Shown: positions 55,258-64,000 of the stretch, one piece after another | Numbering within the stretch: the first letter of the stretch is position 1 | How the letters are laid out: every line of letters starts with the position of its first letter | Virus record (IMG/VR): IMGVR_UViG_3300033144_006696 | Coordinates: 1 to 64,000 of that record | Reading direction: 5' to 3' (one strand) | DNA: 64,000 bases | Source of the DNA: a virus | Notes under the pieces: model-generated | What the model saw: the letters and a program-made list of their open reading frames with translations, nothing else | Database searches by the model: none | What the model was told of the DNA's origin: nothing | Made by a program: the position numbers and the translations under genes

Positions 55258-57627
55258 ATGGCTTCTTTTACAATTTATTTAAGTTCAATAGAACCATCAG
55301 TGATAGAAATTGGAGAATTAACAAACAATACTATTTCTAATTCAGAAGAACCATATACAATAAAATTACTTCCTTCATCTTCTCTAAATTCTAAAATACA
55401 AATAAATATAAATCTTAGAAAAATTGTGGATGATTATATCTTTGCTGTTTTTGATCCTGGAGATCCTTATATAAGTTGGGAAAGATCTTCTCATCAAGTT
55501 ATTATTGGTTATGATAATGATGGGAATCCTGAATACCGTAGTTCTCCAGATTCAAGTATATCAATTTCTTTTAAACAACCAGGAAATGATAAAGTAGCAT
55601 TTCCTTATTGGACTGATACTTATGTTGCGGCAAAAAATCCTGATAATATATCAGAACATTATCCTTTTATTCTTAGAAATTCGTGGACTGAAGAAATTAC
55701 TTTAGGAGAGATTCCAGAAAGTAAAGATAATATTTGGAATAAATCATATGAAATTGAAAAAGAACATACTGAAGATCAACCAATAGTAAGACCAGGAGAA
55801 TATATAACTGTTAGATGGTATATGAAAGTAAATGGAACATATTTTAATACTCCTTCTATTGTTATTTCTTATGAAACTCCTTTGTTTACTGGTGGATGGA
55901 TTACTGGAAAAACAGGAGAAGGTGTTGATGTAAAATATACTGTTGAAATTTTTGGTAAAACTGTTACAGATATAGTACCTACTGATTTTTATGATTATTC
56001 TGTTGGTAAATGGGTTTATTTAATGAAAAACGTAAATTTAATTTTAGATCCAGAATTAGACAATAAACAAATGTTTGGTTCTTCTAATATTTCTGATCCA
56101 AATTCTGATTACAGAATAGTCCCTTTTAATTTTAAAGGCCCAATGAATGTTGACTGTGCTGTCCCTTTTGAAGATTCAATTGATTTAGATTCTGCTACCA
56201 ATTTTGAAGAAGTTTTTGATATGATTAAATATGAAGCAACCATAATTTCTATAGATACAAGTAATGATACAGCGGAAGTTGATATTCCTAACGGTAGTCT
56301 ACATACATTACCTATATTTTATTATTGTGATGGAACTGAACCTGTTATTGAAGGCGGCTCCTCTGCATTTTCTGTTGGTGATCAAGTAATTGTAGAATCC
56401 CCAAATATTAATGACTTAGATGATGCAAGAATAATTGGATTTGCTGAAGGTTTAAAAGAATGTGAAGTAGTTTACTATATAAAAATAGTAAGAGAATACG
56501 ATCAACAATTAATGAGCGAGGAAATGCCAAATTATTGTTGTCCTGTTTTAATGTGGAAAAATCCAGAAGATCCTTGGTGGTGGTGGGAAAATGTAGAAAT
56601 TAAATCTAATGAATTTATTTCAGACACAGAAAATTCTTTATATGGGTATTACAAAATTGTTGTTTCTGAAATAGACCCTAATTATGAAAATATAATGTCT
56701 GATGGCTGTTTTATTTATATGGATGGAGAAGTCAGTATAGAATGTTTTTATGATGAAACACAAGTTAAAAAATATGAGTATTTATCTGATGAAATAAATA
56801 ATAATGTCATTCCTACTAAACCTGGAAAATATGATGCTAAAATACCTTATTATTTAATAGAATCAGAATATGGGCCTGAATTAGAATGGGTAAATGTGTG
56901 CACATCAGATTGCGATACAAGTGAAATACAAGGATCTATTATAATTAATGATGATCCCTTTATAGCTAACCCAATTAATTATAAAATATCATTTGATGGT
57001 TTAAATGTTAAATATTGGAAAATTAATTCTTATAGTGGTTTAACTTATAATTACTCTTCTTTTACTAAACAAAATTATGGATATAAGAAAACTACTGTGA
57101 CGTCTACAATCCCTTATTTACTTCGCACACAATTAGGATTATCTGGAGCTGTTTCAGATTACTATGGATTAGTTGATTCATTAGCATATGTGGGAAACAG
57201 TTCTTGTGATACGGAAATTCCAGGTATTACATGGGATAAGCAGTTAGTAAGATTTCTTTATCCTGCATTACAAGCTTTTTATGATCCAGAAGGTTTTAAT
57301 GAAAGCCATACTTATGAATATGGATATGAAATAGTTAATGGATCATACGATATAACTAATTCAGATGTTCATGATTATGAGACAACAGAACCATCTGTAT
57401 TTGATGATGGATCGGGAACCCCAAGAGAGCATCTTTTTGAAATAACTATTAATTCTACTTATGATTCTTGGGAAAAACAAGATGTTTATGTTTATTCGGC
57501 ACAATTAGGTGGTCCTTTTTCTCCCTATGAATTTGTTTATTGCACTAACGTGACAAACATTAAACCATTTATATGCAGGTCGTCTGAACCTAAAAATGCT
57601 GGTTATATCAATATTGATTATGAATAA
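55258..57627 (+). CDS. Large acidic tail/baseplate-like protein
   Basis: 789-aa ORF; ...P..Y.C.....EGG..AF.VGD.V.V motif. Confidence 0.6.
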   Translation: MASFTIYLSSIEPSVIEIGELTNNTISNSEEPYTIKLLPSSSLNSKIQININLRKIVDDYIFAVFDPGDPYISWERSSHQVIIGYDNDGNPEYRSSPDSSISISFKQPGNDKVAFPYWTDTYVAAKNPDNISEHYPFILRNSWTEEITLGEIPESKDNIWNKSYEIEKEHTEDQPIVRPGEYITVRWYMKVNGTYFNTPSIVISYETPLFTGGWITGKTGEGVDVKYTVEIFGKTVTDIVPTDFYDYSVGKWVYLMKNVNLILDPELDNKQMFGSSNISDPNSDYRIVPFNFKGPMNVDCAVPFEDSIDLDSATNFEEVFDMIKYEATIISIDTSNDTAEVDIPNGSLHTLPIFYYCDGTEPVIEGGSSAFSVGDQVIVESPNINDLDDARIIGFAEGLKECEVVYYIKIVREYDQQLMSEEMPNYCCPVLMWKNPEDPWWWWENVEIKSNEFISDTENSLYGYYKIVVSEIDPNYENIMSDGCFIYMDGEVSIECFYDETQVKKYEYLSDEINNNVIPTKPGKYDAKIPYYLIESEYGPELEWVNVCTSDCDTSEIQGSIIINDDPFIANPINYKISFDGLNVKYWKINSYSGLTYNYSSFTKQNYGYKKTTVTSTIPYLLRTQLGLSGAVSDYYGLVDSLAYVGNSSCDTEIPGITWDKQLVRFLYPALQAFYDPEGFNESHTYEYGYEIVNGSYDITNSDVHDYETTEPSVFDDGSGTPREHLFEITINSTYDSWEKQDVYVYSAQLGGPFSPYEFVYCTNVTNIKPFICRSSEPKNAGYINIDYE

Positions 57628-57755
57628 TTAAGTATCTTTATATTCAAATAACCACTTAAAGGGGGTGATAATTATCAAATAATGATTTTAATTTCTTAAT
57701 TTTATTTAGGAGAGTTTTCAAATGAAAACTGACGATGAATCATGAGGAGAATGAA

Positions 57756-58110
57756 ATGAATCCGATTACAACCGAAGATTACACAGCAAATGCTATGTAC
57801 GACAATATTGGATGGGGAAGTTATTTATGATTCTTTATAAGCTCTCCAGGAAATTATGAACCAACTCCTAACACAATAATCTCTTTGTGTAAAAAATGAA
57901 CAGGAACTTTTAAATAAAATTGACACTTTAATTAATACTGAGAAGAAAGAGTCTAACTATTTTTCTTTCTTGAAAGAACTTAAATATTCTACTATAAAAG
58001 AAGGTAAGGAAATCGCCGCTATTTCTGATGGAATACAGAAAGCAGCTAATTCTCCTTATGAAATGATGGTTATGAATAAGTGGTTAATAATGGAATATGG
58101 AGGAAAATAA
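57756..58110 (+). pseudogene. Frameshifted hypothetical gene
   Basis: GAGGAG SD then coding-like fragments in different frames ending in TAA adjacent to the next ATG. Confidence 0.35.
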
Positions 58111-58341
58111 ATGGAATATAATGTTCCTATAGACCCTAAAGGAAAAGTTGCTGCTTCTGGAACTTCCGGTTTTTCTGAAACTTTTACTGCTGATGGAGAT
58201 TGGCAAGCAATTACTTTAACAAATGAATATAAAAGACTTTTAATTCAATGTGATGCTGGGGATGATGTTTATATCCACATTGATAATCCGGTTGAGTTTC
58301 ATTACTGTTTTAATTCTGATGGAACGAACATATTATTCTGA
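58111..58341 (+). CDS. Hypothetical protein, possibly truncated
   Basis: GGAGG SD, ORF track. Confidence 0.5.
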   Translation: MEYNVPIDPKGKVAASGTSGFSETFTADGDWQAITLTNEYKRLLIQCDAGDDVYIHIDNPVEFHYCFNSDGTNILF

Positions 58342-58375
58342 ATTAGAATTATCTATTAAAATAAGGAATTACAGA

Positions 58376-58813
58376 ATGAAGATTTCAAGAAGTCAAGAAA
58401 TGCTCCATCCAATTTTAACAGAGTGTGTTAAAAAAATTCAAAAAGAGATCATTGATACTCATAATATCCCAATGCGCCTATTTGAAACAGGTAGAGACTT
58501 TGAACGTCATAAAATGTTAATCAGCAAAGGTAGAACAAAAGATTATATCTCAGGACATCTTTATAACCTTGAAAATGATCCTCCTTTATATGCAAAAGCA
58601 GTTGATTATGTTTTTTATGATGGTAGATGGTCTTGGAATTTCAGGGATTCTACTATAATATCTTGGTATAATATTTTTGGAAATCTTGTTTTAGATGTTT
58701 GTCCAGAATTGGAATGGTATGCTAATAATAGGAAATCAGTGAATTATTCACATTTTGTATTAAGAGAAAAAATAATAATTCAAAATTTAAATACCATTTC
58801 TTGTGTCATTTAA
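58376..58813 (+). CDS. Peptidase M15-family endolysin-like protein
   Basis: LHP.L...FETGR..ER...L..KG.TK...SGHL...AVD...W...NH-like C-terminal His; ATG 58376 with AAGGA SD. Confidence 0.7.
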   Translation: MKISRSQEMLHPILTECVKKIQKEIIDTHNIPMRLFETGRDFERHKMLISKGRTKDYISGHLYNLENDPPLYAKAVDYVFYDGRWSWNFRDSTIISWYNIFGNLVLDVCPELEWYANNRKSVNYSHFVLREKIIIQNLNTISCVI

Positions 58814-58895
58814 AAATAAAATATTTAAAATATTGCCTAACAGAAAATTTTGTGATAAGCTTTGATTCAAAGCTTATTAAATAAAGGAGTTTGTT

Positions 58896-59243
58896 ATGGG
58901 TGAATTAATTAAAAATAGATTGCATGATTTATATGGTGATGGAAATACTGGAGGATATACTTATACTGTTGATATTGCTAATGGTGAATCAGATACTGTT
59001 AAATTATTTTCAGCAGGAAGAGGGATGTCTATTGGAGTTGCTATTTTAGTATGTGGAGTAAATACAGGAAGGATTGATTTTACAATTGATTCTCATGAAA
59101 TGATTGATGATGGAACTGCTGTATGGGTTGTATGGGATAAAGGTGTAGTCACAGGAACTCAAATAGATACATTCAGAATCAAAATGACTGCATTGAAAGG
59201 CGTAAGTGTTTCTGGTGCAATAACTTTTAAATTGTTCTTGTAG
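58896..59243 (+). CDS. Hypothetical virion-like protein
   Basis: AAGGAG SD. Confidence 0.6.
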   Translation: MGELIKNRLHDLYGDGNTGGYTYTVDIANGESDTVKLFSAGRGMSIGVAILVCGVNTGRIDFTIDSHEMIDDGTAVWVVWDKGVVTGTQIDTFRIKMTALKGVSVSGAITFKLFL

Positions 59244-59251
59244 GAGTAAAA

Positions 59252-59623
59252 ATGTCTAATTCAGGTTTATGGTTAAGTTCAACAGGAGTAGCATTAACTT
59301 CTAAAACAACGCCAGAATCTCTGATTTTTGGAACAGGTGATACTATTAAAAGTTTTACTATCACTGGAAATTATAAAGTTACCAGAATAATTTTGGTGAT
59401 GCCAACTTTTTCTGGTGCTGTTGTGACTGGTGTTCTTTCTATTGAAAATGCAGATGGAATTGAGATTTATGCTTCTTCTGCTGCTTCAGAAACAAATACA
59501 CATGTATATTCTCCTGATCCTGGAGTTCCTTTAGTTGGAATAAATACATTCAAATTAACACTTAGTACTAATCCATTAAGTTCAGGAACTCCTACGGTTT
59601 CATTGTATTTAGAGGAGGGTTAA
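59252..59623 (+). CDS. Hypothetical virion-like protein
   Basis: AGGAG SD. Confidence 0.6.
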   Translation: MSNSGLWLSSTGVALTSKTTPESLIFGTGDTIKSFTITGNYKVTRIILVMPTFSGAVVTGVLSIENADGIEIYASSAASETNTHVYSPDPGVPLVGINTFKLTLSTNPLSSGTPTVSLYLEEG

Positions 59624-59624
59624 T

Positions 59625-60233
59625 ATGGGTTCAGTTCATCATGGAAATTCTATAGAAGAAACAAAGGTTATTTCTAAAGGTGTTTTCAAGAATGTGACCA
59701 TCATAGAAGTTGAAAAAGAGATTGTATTTCCTGTGATGATCCCAGTAGAAATTGAAAAACCTACCTTCGTTGAAAAAGAATATGAAAAACCAATTCAAGT
59801 AGAAAAGGAATACGAAAAACCTGTAATTGTTAAAAAGGAATACGAAAAACCTGTCATTATTGAAAAAGAATATAATCTTCCTGTAATGATGGAAAAAGAA
59901 TATATGATTCCTGTTATTATTGAAAAAGAGTATGAACTTCCAATACTGATGGAAAAAGAATACGAAAAACCAATACTGATTGAAAAGGAATATGAACTTC
60001 CTGTTGTAGCTGCTAAAGAATTCAAAGAGATCATTGAAGCATCCAAAGCGATGATTTGGGAATTAAATACAATAATTATTGGATTGAAAGAAACCATTAA
60101 TCAAATAAATTCAACAATACCAAATCAGATCAAAATTCCTGAAATTGTGCATGAAAAAGTTTTAGTAAAGGATGTTAAAATCATAGAAGAAACAATTACA
60201 GTTATTGGCAAAGTTATAACCAGAGGTAAATAA
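59625..60233 (+). CDS. Protein with eight 10-aa EKEYEKPVII-type repeats
   Basis: ORF track; 30-bp tandem units at 59772-60011. Confidence 0.7.
   Translation: MGSVHHGNSIEETKVISKGVFKNVTIIEVEKEIVFPVMIPVEIEKPTFVEKEYEKPIQVEKEYEKPVIVKKEYEKPVIIEKEYNLPVMMEKEYMIPVIIEKEYELPILMEKEYEKPILIEKEYELPVVAAKEFKEIIEASKAMIWELNTIIIGLKETINQINSTIPNQIKIPEIVHEKVLVKDVKIIEETITVIGKVITRGK
59772..60011 (+). repeat. 30-bp degenerate tandem repeat x8
   Basis: GAAAAAGAATATGAAAAACCAATTCAAGTA-type units every 30 bp. Confidence 0.85.
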
Positions 60234-60234
60234 A

Positions 60235-60546
60235 ATGGCAAGTTCACAGTATCATGAATTAAATCATCCAAGAAAAATATCTTCTGTTGAAGATGGTGAA
60301 ATTGCTATTTATGGTACAAGTGATGGTGGGACAACTTGGCATCCAATTTCAGTAGATTCTTCTGGGAATCTTAATATTGTAAATGGTTTAGTTCCTTCAG
60401 GATATGATTATATTGCACTATCATATACGGGAGATAATCTCACAGGAGTAGAATATAAAGAAGGAGGAATCTCGGGTACTGTGGTTGCTTCATTGACACT
60501 TGTGTATGATTCCAATGACAATATAACATCCATTACTAAAATTTAG
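60235..60546 (+). CDS. Hypothetical virion protein
   Basis: GYDYIAL.Y....LT.V.YK.GG..GT.VA.LTL.YD motif. Confidence 0.65.
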   Translation: MASSQYHELNHPRKISSVEDGEIAIYGTSDGGTTWHPISVDSSGNLNIVNGLVPSGYDYIALSYTGDNLTGVEYKEGGISGTVVASLTLVYDSNDNITSITKI

Positions 60547-60555
60547 GTGTAAAAT

Positions 60556-60780
60556 ATGGCTTATGTATTCAATGTTCTTACAGGAAATCTTGATTATTAT
60601 GAACCAGCTTCTTCATCTCCCCCTGTATCAGTGGATGCTTATTTTCCTAAGTATGTTTTAACAAACGAAGAATTAACAATTCAAGCATTTGGGCAATATG
60701 TTCTACACGGAAAAGTTGCATTAACTTTAAATGGAACTGCTGAAATAATCTTAGAAGAAGGTGCGGAGGTAATACTTTGA
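60556..60780 (+). CDS. Hypothetical virion protein
   Basis: YVFN.LTG.LD motif. Confidence 0.55.
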   Translation: MAYVFNVLTGNLDYYEPASSSPPVSVDAYFPKYVLTNEELTIQAFGQYVLHGKVALTLNGTAEIILEEGAEVIL

Positions 60781-60965
60781 GTGAACCAGCAAAAATCATA
60801 CTAACAATGGGCACATCTATCCCTGCACAAAATCCAGCAATTGGAAAAATTGCACTATACCCAAAAACAGATGGATGGTATCAACTTGATTCTGATGGTG
60901 TTGAAACAAAAATAGAAGGTGGAGTAATACAAGAAGAAGCAATTATGTGGGCAATGGTTTTATAG
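60777..60965 (+). CDS. Hypothetical virion protein
   Basis: ALYPKTDG.Y..DS.G.E motif. Confidence 0.55.
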   Translation: MSEPAKIILTMGTSIPAQNPAIGKIALYPKTDGWYQLDSDGVETKIEGGVIQEEAIMWAMVL

Positions 60966-60974
60966 GAGTATTTT

Positions 60975-63689
60975 ATGATTGTTTTAGAAATAGGGGATAA
61001 AATTCAAGGAGTAGCTTCAGTTAATTCTGTAGTTGATTTTTCACTTTCTGGATTGGATAACAATACTTTAAGTCTTCTTAGTACAGGCCAAATAAGTTCA
61101 TCTCTTGCAGATTTATATACAGCAGATAGTGTTGATGTAGTTAAAACACTGACATTTGTCAATACTCACTCTGATGTTGTATATTTGAATTTATATGTTC
61201 TTCCATTTGAAGGTGTTGCAAGAAGAATTTTAGCGAAAGATTTGAAACTTTCAATAGGTACTGCTATTCATACTGATGGTGAAATTTTCTCACTTGTTCA
61301 TCCTGTTGAAGAATCTTTTTTGGCAAGTGTTGATGATACACCATATGATGCAACAACATGGAATGGAAATACAGATGCTGCTACTAAAAATGCAATTCGT
61401 GATAAAATAGAAACTCTTGCAAGTGGTCATGATGCAGTAACTATAGATACAGCAAATGGTTTATCTCTCTCTACTCAAGTACTTTCCCTTGCTGCTGCAA
61501 CTAATTCTATTCCTGGTGCAGCAACAGCAGCACAAATCACTGCCATTGAAGCAAATACAGGAAAAACTACTAACGCAACACATACTGGTGATGTGACTGG
61601 TGATGTTATTTTAACTCTTGATAAAACTGCAATAACAGGACAAACTACAGTAACTGCTGATAATGCTGATTATGTGGTTATATCAGATACGAGTGACACA
61701 GGGGCATTGAAAAAAGCACTTGTTTCTGATTTTGGTGGTATTGCTATATCAAGCTTTACTCAAGATTCAGGGATACTTGTAGGGACTGGTGCAGGCACAT
61801 TTCAGGAAGAAACAGGTGCAACTCTCAGGACAAGTTTGAATGTTGATGTCTCTGGAACAGATAATAGCACTGATGTCACCTTGCATGCTTCCGCCACAAC
61901 TGGAGGATTAAGCTTATCAACTCAAGAAATAAGCAGTCGAGCCGCATCAAACGCATTGACAGGCTATGCCACAGCAGCACAAATAACAGCCCTTGAACTG
62001 GCCACAAACATCGAAAATTATGCAAATTCTCCAATGGTTATCACAGGCGGTGAAATTACCACTTTGGGAGCAGCTGCCGGGACTTTTGATGTATCTGCTA
62101 TCACAGCGTTGGTAAGATCTACAGATAGCTATACAGGTGCCTTGGTTTATATAACTTTAGGGGATCAAAGTGATGTTACTATTTCATTAGCGAATACCAC
62201 ATATTTTGTGTTTTTGGATTATAACGGTGGCGCCCCTCAAATAAATTTAGATACAACAAATGTTTATGAAGCAGGTACAGATAGAACACAGCTTCCTATT
62301 GGAAAAGTGATGAAGGACGGTTCCGATGTTGTTCATTATATTTCTGGTGGATATAATTTTCAAGATGGTGTCAGAAAATTACAACGCAGAATAAGAGATT
62401 TACACAATCTTACTCTTGCTTCTGGATCTACAATAGAATATCAGGCCACGAATCAATTTACGATGACTCAGGCGGTAATATATGCAGGTGTAAATAAATT
62501 CACTATTGCCAATTACGACAGTAATGCAACGGATTTTATTCATTTTTATTCAGCAGGAGGCGGTAATTTTACTTATACCGCTGCGACTGACACAATAGAT
62601 TTTGCTAATTACGATGCGGGTGCAGGATCTCTTGATAGCGTTAGTAATGCTAAGTTTGGGTGTTTTTGGGTGTATGTACATATTGATGGTCATGCATATG
62701 TGCGGTATGGGGAATGTAATGGATCATTAGCGGAAGCAGAAGCCTCGTTAGAGCCAAGTAAACCTATACACTTGGCTGACTTTGGTATTTTGGTTGGTAA
62801 ATTTATAATGCCTGCTGCCGGGGGTAGTTTTTCACTTGTTCAAATGGTGACTGATACACAATTTACGGCAGTATCTGCGGCTGATCATGCTAATTTAACC
62901 AGTCTTGCTTACGCGAATTCTGGGCATACGGGTTTTGCAACTGATGATAACACCACTGATGTGACACTGAGCGCTTCCGCCACGACTGGGGGAATGAGTC
63001 TATCCGGACAGGAAATCAGTAATAGATCTGCCACAAACGCGTTGACAGGATATGCTACTGCTGCACATATTACGGCTATCGAAACTAATACGGACAAAGT
63101 AAGTCTTGAAGATAATTCCGTTACTCTTGCAAAAATGGCAGGCGGAACTGATGGTAATTTAATCACTTACGATGCGGCTGGTGATCCTGCCTATGTTGCT
63201 ACAGGGACGGTAGGTCAAGTTCTAACAAGTGCTGGAGCTGGCGCAGCTCCTACTATGCAGGATGCTGGCGGTATTTCTGATGTGGTTAATGATACCACCC
63301 CTACGCTTGGCGGACCGCTGGATGCCGATGATAAAATAATCTCAAAGGCAGTAATGAAAGATACCGGAGAGACAATCAATGTTCTCGGAGACCTCGGGGG
63401 TGGCACAGATGATATTGATCTTGAAGATGGGAATGTGGTAACTGCTACTGTTTCCACAGCAGAGCAGACATTCACTTTTTCAAATCCTCCGGCAAGCGGA
63501 ACGAATGGGAGCTTTACTTTGATCCTCACGAATGGTGGCTCGCAGACTGTTAATTGGCCTGCAAGCGTTGATTGGGTCGATGCCACTGCACCCACTTTAA
63601 CCGCTGCTGGTGTTGATGTTTTGGTGTTTACGACCATAGATGCTGGTACGATTTATTTAGGCTTCACCGCCGGATTGGATGTGTCATAA
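60975..63689 (+). CDS. Tail fibre-like protein with internal repeats
   Basis: Thr/Ala/Gly-rich; three related TATAAQITAIE modules; C-terminal LTNGGSQTVNWPASVDW...PTLT..GVDVLVF domain. Confidence 0.75.
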   Translation: MIVLEIGDKIQGVASVNSVVDFSLSGLDNNTLSLLSTGQISSSLADLYTADSVDVVKTLTFVNTHSDVVYLNLYVLPFEGVARRILAKDLKLSIGTAIHTDGEIFSLVHPVEESFLASVDDTPYDATTWNGNTDAATKNAIRDKIETLASGHDAVTIDTANGLSLSTQVLSLAAATNSIPGAATAAQITAIEANTGKTTNATHTGDVTGDVILTLDKTAITGQTTVTADNADYVVISDTSDTGALKKALVSDFGGIAISSFTQDSGILVGTGAGTFQEETGATLRTSLNVDVSGTDNSTDVTLHASATTGGLSLSTQEISSRAASNALTGYATAAQITALELATNIENYANSPMVITGGEITTLGAAAGTFDVSAITALVRSTDSYTGALVYITLGDQSDVTISLANTTYFVFLDYNGGAPQINLDTTNVYEAGTDRTQLPIGKVMKDGSDVVHYISGGYNFQDGVRKLQRRIRDLHNLTLASGSTIEYQATNQFTMTQAVIYAGVNKFTIANYDSNATDFIHFYSAGGGNFTYTAATDTIDFANYDAGAGSLDSVSNAKFGCFWVYVHIDGHAYVRYGECNGSLAEAEASLEPSKPIHLADFGILVGKFIMPAAGGSFSLVQMVTDTQFTAVSAADHANLTSLAYANSGHTGFATDDNTTDVTLSASATTGGMSLSGQEISNRSATNALTGYATAAHITAIETNTDKVSLEDNSVTLAKMAGGTDGNLITYDAAGDPAYVATGTVGQVLTSAGAGAAPTMQDAGGISDVVNDTTPTLGGPLDADDKIISKAVMKDTGETINVLGDLGGGTDDIDLEDGNVVTATVSTAEQTFTFSNPPASGTNGSFTLILTNGGSQTVNWPASVDWVDATAPTLTAAGVDVLVFTTIDAGTIYLGFTAGLDVS

Positions 63690-64000
63690 TGAGTTTACTT
63701 GCGAACAAATTAATAATGTGTGCAGGGAGTGGAGATGAAGAAATCCTCCCTGAAGCCATAGACTTTGACGGTACGAATGATTATTTGAGTCGGTCAAGTG
63801 ATTTGGTGGGTAATACAGATGGTAAGACTTTTACTTTTAGTTGTTGGGTTTATAATTATCATACAACGTCTCTTTCATTGTACTCAAGCAAAACGTCGGC
63901 AGGTACTATAAACATATATGTTAATAATTCAGGTACCTTGTATATACAGATGGTTAATGCTACCGGTACTGAGATTAGACTTAACTGGGAAGCACCGAGC
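63689..64000 (+). CDS. LamG/ConA-like domain protein; partial, runs off window end
   Basis: TAATG overlap; MSLLANKLIMCAGSG...AIDFDGTNDYLSR....DGKTFTFSCWV. Confidence 0.7.
   Translation, partial: MSLLANKLIMCAGSGDEEILPEAIDFDGTNDYLSRSSDLVGNTDGKTFTFSCWVYNYHTTSLSLYSSKTSAGTINIYVNNSGTLYIQMVNATGTEIRLNWEAPS

Noticed and set aside
51892-63083. Diversity-generating retroelement (TR/VR pair)
   Set aside because: No reverse transcriptase; the repeat pairs are either identical or differ at all base types, not specifically at adenines.
43516-63637. Numerous minus-strand ORFs over tape-measure, tube and fibre genes, and plus-strand ORFs over early genes
   Set aside because: Short antisense shadows without SD or recognisable motifs, unlike 28475-29437 and 9527-10150, which have both.
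1-64000. Integrase, att site or prophage boundary
   Set aside because: No recombinase gene or host genes recognised in the window; lifestyle cannot be determined.

Overview
AT-rich dsDNA tailed-phage (siphovirus-like) genome segment with two divergent arms. Left arm (1-24.8 kb, minus strand): replication and early genes, including an HTH initiator with internal 24-bp iteron-like repeats, a primase, an SF2 helicase with an intein, many small hypotheticals, DUF932, DUF2786 and an AcrIII-1/DUF1874-like ring-nuclease anti-CRISPR. A ~1.4-kb repeat-rich intergenic switch follows. Right arm (26.3-64 kb, plus strand): morphogenesis genes (TerS, TerL with intein, portal, scaffold, P22-type coat, neck, tail tube, frameshifted tail chaperone, tape measure, tail tip/fibre proteins, M15 peptidase). 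Main points of interest: (1) both inteins lack an in-frame nuclease and instead nest a separately translated endonuclease gene, in the +1 frame in the helicase and on the antisense strand in TerL, the latter with an apparent sigma70 promoter inside the intein block F-G loop; (2) two unrelated free-standing endonuclease genes share a covarying three-way-junction 5' RNA element behind their own promoters; (3) a ~400-nt highly structured, promoter-driven plus-strand ncRNA candidate lies in the minus-strand early arm; (4) a likely AcrIII-1 with catalytic residue spacing conserved is flanked by an 18-bp repeated motif. All family assignments are by motif recognition from memory; no database searches or folding programs were run. 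No integrase, tRNA, rRNA or CRISPR array was seen.
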